The notes beneath the pieces were generated by a model. That model was not told the DNA's origin. It did not search any database and was given only the letters and a program-made list of their open reading frames with translations. A DNA stretch of 63,319 nucleotides, counting the filler, from Rhizaria sp. SCN 62-66 (lineage: Eukaryota), in NCBI GenBank assembly GCA_001724265.1. It is 2 parts of 2 records of this genome, joined end to end, with 100 filler letters (N's around TTAATTAATTAA, not from the genome) between each part and the next. Parts side by side here need not be neighbours in the genome. Positions count along the whole stretch, not along the records: positions 31,726 to 63,319 come from MEDY01000356.1; 1 more part is not named here. One strand, written 5' to 3'. Below, one piece after another: positions 48,637 to 60,600 of the stretch. The translations under genes and the position numbers were made by a program. The first letter of the stretch is position 1. Each line of letters begins with the position of its first letter.

Positions 48637-51600
48637 ATGGCCGCCTCAGCGCTTCCCGTGCGACTGTTTGCGAGCGCGCGCCTGGCGCTGGCTCTGCTTG
48701 CGCTCACGGTTGCGACACTGCTCACTTCGGTGTCCGCGCTCGTGGCGCAACTCCCGCGCGGCAAATACGCCCGCTACGATAACCAGTACATCGCGACCGG
48801 TCAGCAGTCGTTTTCGATGTATATCTTGCTTCCGCACGCATATGATGCATCTATTCAGCGCACAGGCACCTTCAAGCTTACTCTTGCCACCCCTGGCTCT
48901 TTTAGCGCTACATCGACCTGCAGTATGGTTTACGACACTGGACATGAAGCAATCCTGACATACGACAACGGTGGCTCAAATCTTCCGCTTATGATTGCTT
49001 TTTCCATGGCTGTCCCGATCGAAGTGCCGCCGTCAGCGCCCTTTGTCGTCAAGTGCTTCGCTGAGTGGCGCACAACATTCGAATCTACTTCCATCAGCTC
49101 AATCTCTGCGACTTACGAGTTCTTCTTCACCTCTGGGCTCGCGTACACGACATCGACATTGAACGCAGCGGTCGAAGAAGTCCTTTCTGGTGACTTTGGC
49201 GTCAACGTGTTTGACTACACTCCTGCATTTCTGAACACAGATGTTGGAGTTGTGGGTAACATTGAAAGCTCAACTAGTACCAACAACATGGTCGCTCTTT
49301 ACGTTGCGAACCAGCAGGAGAAGCTCTACCGCGGTGGTCCTGGAACGTACTGCACTGTAGAAGGCACACCTAACGAGGCCAACCCCGCCGGTTTTGCAGT
49401 GTCAGTAGCCCCGCTTCCAGAGGAGGAGTCCCTGTTCTATGTCGGCGCATGCAAGTTTCCGTTTCACACGTTGACTTTCCACGGTGACAACCTCCAAGGT
49501 CCTTTTGTGCTGAGGGTCTCGATCTATATGCCCAATGCGCCCACCACAATTACTGCGTTCGCAACGACCAACACGGTCACGCGCCTCATTACTATCTCTG
49601 GATCTGCTGGCGTCACCATCAAGCCCCTCTCGCGGTTTTCGTCTAACAGCAGTCGTCCTTACGCCGTCACGGCATTCGCCAGGCTCGGAGAATACACCCC
49701 GCAGCGCCGCTTTAGCGCCACGCTCCCCGGCGGCTCTGTGATCGGGGCCAACCTTGACTGGTACTCGTTCCAGCCCCGCGCCTCGCTCACGCCCGACGCT
49801 GCGCGCCGCTACTCGCGCCCGCGCCCGCGCTACCTGCAGGCACAGGCGACCGCCGCGGCGGCCGCGCCCTCACTCGGCGCGCTCAACTACTCCACCGCAG
49901 GCCAGCACGTGTTCTGGTTTGGCGGCATCGCGGTGACTGACGAAGGCTTCATCGGCGACACCGACGCCGCCGTGCCGCTGCTGGCCGACCTGTGGATGGT
50001 CGACGTGCTCGGCAACACCACGACGCTGCTGTCCGGCGACCCTGCGCGCACAGATGAGCCTGCTCAGCTGCCGTCGTCCACGTACACCCTCGTAACGGGC
50101 GAATATCACGCGCGCGTCCGCCCCGCGGCGCGGCACTCGGCCGCACTCGCGTACGACGCGTCGACGCGCACAGTCTGGCTCTACGGCGGCGCGCTCAAGC
50201 CGCTGACGTCAGCGTTTGCGTTGACTCAAAAGCTTTTCAGCGACATGTGGTCGTTCAGTCTGGACCGGATGCAGTGGGCGTGGTGGCTAGGCACGACGAC
50301 GCCGCAGGCGCGGCCGACATCGTCGACTGTATTCGGTTCCTGCCCGCCGCTTGCGGGCGCCAGTATGGTTGCGCACGATGGCTCGCTGTATCTCTATGGC
50401 GGTGCGACTCTGGCTTCTACTGTGCACTCCGTTGTGTATTCGATGTATTACGAGATGGATCACGTCTGGCGCTACAACACGACGGATCGGGGCGCAACTT
50501 TGCTCTACGGCAGCACTGGCTATATTGGTTACGGTACTATTGACAACACAGTGCCGCCGCAAGCTACAGCCACTACGCCTGGCTCCGCAGCGTACGCGTC
50601 CTTGACCGCCAACCCGCGCGAAGACGGCACTCTTGTTCTGTACATCTTCGGCGGCGTCCTCAGCCCCACGCCGCGCTTTGGCTCGATGATCGGCGGCGGC
50701 TACAACGCCGCTCCGTCGCACTCCGACTCGAGCGTGCTTGCCACCCTGTGGAGCTTTACGCCGGGCCTCACGCCTTCCCTGTCGCTGTGGACGCGTCTCA
50801 GTGTCCCGCCTGTCGCCACGGGCGGCAACCGCGGCATCCCGCGCCTCGTGATGCCGACGCAACAGGACGTCCCAGTGCATCCCGGCGGCCGCGTGTTTGC
50901 CGGCGTTAACGCTGCGCCCAACGGCGACGTGTACGTTTACGGCGGCCGCGGTCACGCTGCTGGGTTCCTCGTCCGGCGCACGGCTGCAAAGGATTCACCT
51001 CTCTCGCTGATCAACGTTGAGCCCGTGTCGCCCTTTACATTTCCGCTTGCGGGGCGCTTCACCGGCGTGACTGAGATTGACGCGACGTCGACGCACGCGT
51101 TTATCTATACGCGCGCCGAGTTTCTGGCCGCGGGCTGGGATTTGAAGACGCCGCTGAGCCAGATGGACATCATGTTGCCGTCGTCGATTAACAACGTGCA
51201 AAGTCCCTTTTACAGCTCAGACAAGTTCATCGTCTACGCAGCGCTAGTTCCGACAACGCTCTCTGCGTTTAATAGCACACACGATTCGAATTACGTCAAG
51301 AGCACGATTGCCAATTTGGCGATGGCAAACGCTGTTCCTGTGACTTTTGAGGGATTACGATGGATGAACGGCGGTTACTTCACTCTGAACAATGCAAAGG
51401 CAGATAAGATGCCGCTCCTACTTCCAAGATCGACAGAGAACATTATGCTTGTCATGCGCGTGATATATGATTCCGCGATGAGTTCCACTGCACAGACTGT
51501 CCCGACGTTTGCGCTCGAGATGGAGTCCTGCGACGCTGAGGTTAGTATCTCCTTCCTCTCCGACGCCGTTGCTGTCAGCCCTGTTCTCGACACCTTTAAG

Positions 51601-54600
51601 CGCTACAACCAGCGGCCCGCAATGCTTCTCCGCTCCAATCTCCCCTCGATGCCGTGGACGATCCCGCTGATGTCGCGCTCCGCGCACGCCGTCGCGCAGC
51701 TCGACGACCTGTGGGTGTACCGCGTCTCCACGTCGGCGTGGGAAATGATCCAGGCCTACGGCGGACCCGTGCAGCGCACTGAGGACTCGAATCTTATCGA
51801 ATCGCCCCGCGCGTCCCCGTTCAGCTCGTTCTCCAAGCACTGGCCCGGCGCGCGCCTGCAGCCTGCGCTGCTGCTGCCGACTATGCACGAGACGTTCGGC
51901 GGCGCTACGAACGCTGATATCACCGTGTTTATCTACGGTGGCTACAGTCTGCGCCCGACGGAAGCGGACGACCGGAGCGCGCTTTTGTCGCCGACGCTGG
52001 ACCGCTGGCCCAACCACTACAAGATTTTCACGGTGCACGATGACTTGTGGAGCATTGATCTCGCCGCTGAGTGTATTGACAGCACTGCGCCTGGTGCGTC
52101 GTTTTGTGCGCCGGCCGCAACATTCGGGTCGAGTAGTTCGCTCAACCCGTTCGTCAGCACGTGGCACTCTTCCCTGTACAAAGCACAATACTTTAACACC
52201 CTGCACGAGTCCGGAAATACGTGTAGCATCGAATCGGCCCTCTCTTGCGGCAGTGGCATGTGTGTTGGCGGCGGCGGCGGCTACTTCTGCAACTGTGACG
52301 ACTACGCTGATCAGGTGACGCTCACGTGCAAGGAGGGCAGCTCGTTCAAAAAGGCGTTGTTGACGCCGATGCAAGGCTGGACTACGTTCGACTATCTCGA
52401 ACACTTCAACCCTTTTTCGGCTGTTGCAATGCATCCCGTGTCAAAGGAAATCTACACCTACGGCGGCCTGTCGCTGCAGGGCACGGCGAATGCTTTTGTG
52501 TCAGGAAAGCTCGCCAAGATCAACCTCGCCACGCAAATTCGCACGCTTATCTCGTTTGTGCGCCCCACCAACGGCGTCGACCAGCATGAGGTCACGCAGA
52601 ATCTCGTTCCCTCCGCGTCCGGCACCGCCGTCACCTTCGGCGACACCATGCCACCCGCATCGTTTGAGTCTCACGCGTGGTTTTCCCCATCTGGCCACAC
52701 CATGTTCCTCTTCGCCGACAGCTTCTTTACTGAACCCGGTGTGTGGGCCTACAATGTCAGCGCCAATACGTGGCTTCGCGCTACTGCGGTCACAACGACG
52801 TACCCAGTGGGAGACTATGGCTCGTTGTGGGGCTCTCCAGGCGATTATAATTCTACTTATCATCCTAGTGCGCGTCAGGGCTTTGCTAAGGCGTCGTTCG
52901 AGGGTCTCTTCTGTCTCTACTCGGGCAAGCAAGTCGTCTTCAACAACGCACTCGCCGGTATCAACACTGATCTGTGGTGTCTGAAGACAGTCGAGGGTCC
53001 TATTTCTCCTGAGTGGGCCATCATGGCGGGCGGAACTGAGATGCCCTCGGTCAGCACGTACAGGCCCGTTGCGGGCGCGTACGGCGAGTTTGACGCCAGC
53101 TTCAACCCTGGCCCGCGTCTGGGCGCGTCGATGACGTTTTCTGCTGATGGACAGTTTCTTTATCTCTTTGGTGGCAATCTCTATGGCGATTCGTCCCTGC
53201 CGTCGGTGGCGCTCATGTCGGATCTGTGGGTGTTTAGCATGAGTACCCGCATGTGGGCTCTTCTTGCTGGGCCGATTGAGCACGCTGTGCCTGGCTCCAC
53301 GTACGAGCGCTCTCATTACGCCGTCAACGGCTCGCCGTCGCCGCTGCAGTACCCTGGCGCGCGCATGCACGCTGCAATGCACATGACGGACGAAGGCCTG
53401 CTTTACATTGGTTTTGGTCTCGAATCGGCTAACAGTGAGACAGGATATTCTGAAGTTAGCAAAGACTTGTTTGCCATTTTCGCGCCCCAGCTTCACGTCT
53501 CTGGCTGGACTCCGTCTTCAAAATATGACTTCGCGCCGACACACACCGTGGGGTCGCCTGACGCGGCATGGATCTGGCTTTCCGACAACAACGGCGGCAT
53601 TGAAACCCCGCTCGAGTTCCGCTGGAACACAAATGGCCAAGGACGGCGGATGGGGGCGCAATTTTTGATGCTGCCGAGCTCGCTTGGCTCCGCTGATGGG
53701 TCGTTCATCCAGAAGTCTGGTGTCTTGCTGCACTCGACCAGTGCGATTTACAGCTTTGTGGCGTTGCCGATGGAGACCAAATACCCCTTCTTCTCATTTA
53801 ACTCGTTTACGACTGAAACTCAAGGCTTTATGGCGATTACGAGCGCTTGCCGCGTGAACCCGTGCGCCAACAACGGCGAGTGCCGTGTGTGCAGTGGAAT
53901 TAGCGGTGCATGCTCTCCCAATGAGATGAACTCTGTTGGTATCACGAGCTCGTTTTACAAGTGCGTGTGTCCTGCTGGCTTTTATGGCAAGCACTGTGAA
54001 GTTACAATCTCGACCTATATTCCTCCTTCAGCCGTGAGCAAGATCGAGTGTCCCACGGGCTCACCGCCTTCATCCATGCTTCTCGTGCCTTGCAACTGCG
54101 CCCAAGGCACCGCCGGTCCGCTGTGCTCGCCACACGTCACTGTGGCCATCATGTCTTCCGACGCCACAAACAACGGCTTACCGGGCCGCGTTTTTTCCGC
54201 AACAACGCGCGCGCACAACATCTCTGGCGAGCTCCCGCTGCTGCTCGGCGCCCAGTCCGGCAGCTCCGTGCTGTTTATGTCCGGCGGCTACACGGACACA
54301 TCCAGTGAGCAGATGTCGGCCTCCATCATGGCCTGGCTTGTCGACTCGCGCACGACCGTTATGCTGCACACTGAGCCTAAGCCGATCGGAACCGGTGCTG
54401 CTGTGTTTTCGGGCGCCAAAACCACTCCTGGTCGACACTACGGTGCGTCTCTCGTCTACGCGCCAGGTGCAAACATGTTATTCTTGTTTGGTGGCGTTGT
54501 CACTGTCGACGCGAGCACGCGTGGTATCTTCGAGCGTCTGTGGCGTATCGTGCCCGGCGAGGAGAACTTGTCGCCGTTACCAGTCATTCTCTCGCCCAGC

Positions 54601-57600
54601 GCTAACTACCTCGTTGCCTCGCGTGGGTACGAACTGCTAAGTCCCGAGTCTGTCATTTCGGATGGACTGCATTCCTACCGCCTCACCGATGACCACCCGC
54701 TAGGCTACCCGGGTGCGCGCGCGTTCCACGCCGCTGCCGTGGTCAACCTCAACGGCGTTGAGTGGATGTACGTCTACGGCGGTGCAGGCAAGCTAACTGG
54801 TAATTCCGTTGGCTACCGCGCTGATCTGTGGAGGTACCGCATCGATGGCACTAATCCCAATTTCACCTGGGAGTACGTCGCCTGCTCTCTCGCTTACGGC
54901 TATGACGTGACAGCTCACCCTGCCTCGACTTTCGTCGCGTATGCTGCGGCCTACAACTGTCCCGTCGCTCGTGCGCGCGCGCAGCTTGTTGCCGTCGGCA
55001 CGAAGCTCTGGCTTACCGGCGGTCTTGGCACCAAGGGCCCGCTTGATGACGTGTGGGTGTTTGACGCGATTGAAGAGTCGTGGACTCTCGTGTCGGGTGA
55101 ACCGAACCGCGCTGACGCTGCGAATACTCTGTCGCACAATCGCCCGAACCTTGATGCGACGAGCATTAGTGACCGCAAGATCGGCTCGCGCTACGATCAC
55201 TCGTGTGATATTCTGCCGGGCACTACAGAGATGTACTGTCAAGGTGGTATGACAGCGCAGGGTATGACTGCGGATTTTTTCCGTTCGACTCAGCCTGTAC
55301 AGCTGTCCCAGGCTGAGCATCACCCGTCGATCATGTCGACTTCTGTGTATGTGCCGTTTCATCCACAAGTGCTCGGTCTTGAATCGCGCATTGCGACATT
55401 TGTGTCGGTTAGTGATCTTAACATGGCGGGTCTCATGCCCAACATGGGTATTTCGACTTTTTCGTTTTATTTTGCGCGGCCCGTTGACACAAATCTGCCC
55501 TTTTCTTTCAGCTTGACTATTTCGCTGCGTTTTGTCACTTCTTAGCCCACGGGCAGTCTCTTTAGCATTGGTACTCAAGATGCTGTGACTACCACGGTTG
55601 GTATTGCGGACTTTAGTAATGATGGACGCACTCTTACCTTCCAACTCGGCAACGACACTGGAGTTACGTATACGCGCAATTCGAATCATGTGGGCCTTAT
55701 TGTCGGAATTAAAATCTCGTCCTCCAGTGGCTATGTGCGCGAACACATGGCGTTGGGCTACTCCACTGATAACGAAGCCGATGCAACTCTCACTGTGTTT
55801 AGTGGCACGCGTACAAAGCCCACACACATTGCCGGAATCAACGTCTGGGAAACGAATCTCGCCCCGCAGTTCCGCCTCGGTCTGCTGCCGCACCATACGC
55901 TCCAGGGCCATTCAGCGTCCGCTGACGTGTTCAGTATCAACACTAACACAAACGTGATTTCGCGTGTTCTCGGTGCGCCAACCATCACATCACCCGCGCA
56001 GGCTATCATCACGGATGCTCTCCGACCCGCTTACTCTGCCAGTACTGCGCGGTCCGACAGTGTGCTCGAGTCACTTGAGCTTGGCTTCGGTTCACATGCG
56101 ATTGGCACCAACGGTGTTGATCCTGAAGTCACCACGGAAGCTCTGTACATCCGCCATATTCCACGGCCCGCGCTTGCAGCGCATGCATTTGTCTTGATGC
56201 CCACGCTCTCCAACGAAACGCTTCGTTTCATGACTGTGGGCGGCCGCTGGGCTATGGAGACTCCCATTGCCGGCTCCAACTCTTCCGGCTTTGAGATGAT
56301 TGTGTCGATGACAGCGCCCTTTACAATGCCGTACAGCTAGATTTACTACACGAACCCGATGCATCTCTACTCTGGACGCCGTCCTGCGCACGTGCCGGCT
56401 AACGCTCCCCAGGCGCCCAAGCCCTACTTGGCGTTGGCACGCTTCTCTTCGCAGATGACCTCTGTGGACTTGACATTTACGCGCGCCACGCAACAGCCGC
56501 GCGAAACAACGGCCGCGTCGAGGGAGAACTGTGAAAGGCTGCTGAAATCTGAGACATTGGCTCTGCTTGGTACTGGTGCCGTATGCTCATGGAGCTCCCC
56601 TGCCGTGTTCACGATTAAACTTGGCACGTCTTTTGAGATACGGCCTACTCTCAACTCGGTGTCTCTTCGTGGTGGTGTTGTGCGCAGTGAAACCTTTGTT
56701 TCGGATGATCCTGTGAACTACCTCGATGCAACAATCCTTGTTGTCAGCGCTTCAGACACCCCCGTCACGCCGACTGTTGCGCTGCGTGGTCTGTCGAAGA
56801 TTGGCCCATGCGAGGCCTTCACACTGAGTTCGAGTGACAGCAGCAACTCCGGAGGACTTGCATTCTGGTACTCATGGAGCTTGTCGGGCACGCCTGAGCA
56901 GACGCTTGCATTCGACGAATATATTATTGCGACTTACGGTGGTGCAAACTCCAATGCGCCATTCACGGCCACTTCGTCGCCACTGTATGCACCGACGTTG
57001 ACGTTGTCCGTTGAGAATCTCAACACCATTGTGCCGATGGGCATGTCGGCAATCTTCTCATTATCAGTTCGTTCGTGGTTCGGCTTATCGTCGATCAGCA
57101 CATTCTCTTTGTTCCGCGACAACTCTGTCCTGCCAGGTATTGTTATTGCAGGTAGCAAGGAAGTTGAGACCAAGCCGCCGCGCAATTTGCTCATCAATGC
57201 GCTTATCACGCGCGTTGGGATTTGCTCTGGCGCACAAGAGCGCGCGACCATTTCGTACACGTGGGAGCAGATTCTCTCCGGCGGTGAGCAGCCTGTCAAC
57301 TCGACCCGCAGTCTTGCGTCGCTGCGTGTGCGCGCGTACGACATGCCCGCACGCACTGCACCGTACATTTTCCGTGTCAACGTCTCTGATACCAACTACA
57401 CCAATTCCGACACGGTCCGCGTGCAGGTGGTTGCCTCTGCGTTGCGCGCGGTTATCACTGGCGGCGACAAGGTTCACAGCAAAGATCGTGATCTTTTGAT
57501 CTCTGGTGCGCTATCTCGTGATCCTGACGTGAACCCCGCTGTTGCGTCTCAGTACGAGGGACTCATGTATACCTGGTCTTGCGCCAACGCTCTGCTGAGC

Positions 57601-60600
57601 AACGTCACCAAGTGTTTTACCAACGATGTCATTCTTACACTCAACACTTCGGTGCTGACCGTACCGCAAAGTGCAATGCTTGCTAATGTGCTGGTATCGT
57701 CGTCGCAGATGTGGACACTCGCTGTGCGCAGTGCCGACAACCGAACTGCAACAGCGCGTACACGGATTGACTTGGTCAACGCTGAGCCTGCCTACACTGT
57801 CTCTGTCTCGGCGCCAGAGCGTTCGCAGTTGTTGCAGCAGAACAATGTCATTCTTACGGCCACTGTAGCGCGCATCAACAACGTTCCCACGGCCGCGGAC
57901 GAGATTGAGAAGCCGCTGTCTCTCTGGAGCTGTGACACGCGCAACGCCAATGTGGATGAGCTTGGTATTGTTCTTTACTCTGCCTCGTCCCCGGCAACAG
58001 ACGGCTCTGGCAATATGGTGCATACGCTGACGCTTGCTGGCGATAAGCTCGCTGCTGGTGTCCCGTACACGTTCCGCTTCTCACTGTTCTAGCACAACTA
58101 CACTACGATCGCTTCTCTCCCTACGCAAGACGAGATCCAGAACTTGCCTGTCGGCGCACTACCTGACGAGCTCATCTCCGCGCACGCGTCCTTTACTCTT
58201 AACGTTCCTCCGCGCTCCGGCGTGTGTGTGCCTGTGTTCGCGAGCGCTGAGTCAACGGAGGTAACAAAGGCTGTGTCTGACGAGCCCTTCATGTTGCAGT
58301 GCACTGGCTGGGAGGACGACCCCGAGGACTTGCCGTTAACATACCACTGGTACGCCGAGTCCAAACGCGTGCTTCATGGCGCGGTCAAGACGAACTGGGT
58401 CGAGATTGGCATGGCGCTACCTCTGTCATTGCTCACCGCTACGCTGACCGCTGGCAGTCGCGACGACGGGTACTCTCGCGTTGTTGCCGTGTATATTACC
58501 GACGCCTGGGGTGCGCAGACGCGTGTCGAAATCACGGTGCCGTTCTCGGCTCCCAGTGCTTCTCTGTGGCATGGAGGGTACGCTCCACTCAACGCTGCGA
58601 ACGACCGCATTGATGCGCTCTTTACGCAGCTCGCGGCGTCTGTCGATCTCGCTGATATTGCTGCTGTGTCTCAAACCGCGCTGCGCATTACAGAGGCACT
58701 TGACGCTGCTGCTATTACTGCTGTCCAGAACGCAGAATACCGCACCCAACTGCTCGCAGTTGTGCGTAGCGTTGCCGAGATGCTTTCGCTCTCGCAGGAC
58801 GCTCGCCGAGCTGTGGCTGCGCTTGATGGCGTTGGGGCTGAGCCTGACAGCGGCAGTAGCGAGGCTTCTGGTGAGATCCACAATGCTTTCCTGACTATGT
58901 CTGGCTACTCTGAAGTCGCGATTGAGCTGTTAACGCAATTGTGCGGTGACGGCGCGCATCTCAGTGGTTCTGCGCGCACGGAAGCGCTGCAGTTCCTAAT
59001 TGGGCAAACATCTTCGCTTGCATCGCTCGATGCGTTCTCAGGCATGCAGACTGCCACGGCGGACTCGGCGCTTGTCGCGACGCACGTCATTCTCGACTCC
59101 TTCGTGGCCGATATTGCTGCTGTGAACCACAACACGACGATGCCCGCTGCTGGCTCGGCCGCCGCCAACACAACTGCTGGCGCGCACATGCTTGCTCTGC
59201 GTGCGGAAGTCGACGCTGTCATCAACATCGTCGCGCAACAGCTCAATGTGCTTGCAATGGGCGCTCTTGCGCGCCAGGCTGTCGGGCAGGACGCCACTGC
59301 AGTGTCTTTTGGTGGGATCTCCGTTGTTTCGCAGGGCGTTTCGACGCTGCACTCGCCGAGCAGCATGGCCGCCAAGATGCCCAACGCGGCCGGGGACGAC
59401 AAGCCAGCGCGGATGACGATGCCGTCGTCAATACACGCGCTCAACGCCTCCGCGCTCCAGGTTGTTATGGCCATGGTCAAGGAATCGTCGCTCTTCCATC
59501 TCGCTGGCTTGGAGAGCGAGAGCTACCTTAACAGCTCGCAATCGTCGCCACTTATCTCGTTTACCGTGTTCAACCGCGCGCTCGCGGACGTGGATGAAAT
59601 GACTGTCGGTGATAACGTCACGGTGCCCGCGCAGCAACCCATCAAGTTCAATCTTGCTGGTAGTGGCACTGGTGGCTACATCATTCCGGGCCTCCCGTTT
59701 GCCACGCTGGCTGCTAGTGAGGGTGAGTTCTTTACACTTGAAGTACCGCACCCTGCACCTGCATGGCCCGACGTCAACTTTGTCTGCGAGTGGTGGGACG
59801 CCAACGACAATGGCGTTGGCGGCAAGTGGAGCAACGCTGGTTGCGAGCTCGTTGCTGTCGCAGACAACAACCGTACGACAACTTGCCGATGCACGCACCT
59901 GACTCTGTTCCGCGTCCGGCTTGACTTTAACAACTTCCTCCCCAAGTTCAACACGCTTGACGCAGATGACTTTAAGAACCTTACGTGGGCCAATATTCAT
60001 GCGCATCCGCTGCCTCTCATTACGTGCGGTGTCTGGTTTGGCGTGTACCTCGTATTTGCTTTCATTGCAGCGCTTATTGACCGCCGCAAGGACGCGCGCG
60101 CGCTGCGCCACTACCACGGCGAGTGGAGCGACCCGCAGCGCAAGCAGTGGGACGCCGTCACGGGTGACACTTCAGCGTCGCTGCCGTCGTCGGCAATGCT
60201 CAACCCTGATGCTGGTGTTGAAAAAATGGCATTTACTGAGCGCTGGATTGATCTCTACAAGCACTTAATGAAGCATGATCATCTCTGGCTTTCGGTCATC
60301 CTGCGCTATGACACGAACGCCTTTTCCTCGGTTGGCCGCGTCACTGCGGGCTTTGTACTCGTTCTTACGGGTTACATGATCAACGCGCTGTTCTTTGGTA
60401 GCTCAAACGGCAGCGTTGGCTTTAGCACGTTTGTGACTTCGATCATCTCCGCCGCCATCCTCATTCCTGTCGGTGTGCTTATTAGCTTGCTCTTCGGCCG
60501 CTCACAGCAGGGTCGTCTCAAGTCCGCAATCTACGGCTATGCGGAGCACGTGGCTCAGCTTAAGTACACAAACCGTATTTCTGAGTCGCAGTTTGCAACG

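Noticed and set aside
55340-58092. Treating the three TAGs as 3' splice acceptors of short introns
   Set aside because: The upstream sequence is open, exon-like and not AT-rich like the 13 modelled introns. The best nearby donor for the first site (GTATGT at 55347) gives a 199-nt, frameshifting intron. Not fully excluded without RNA-seq.
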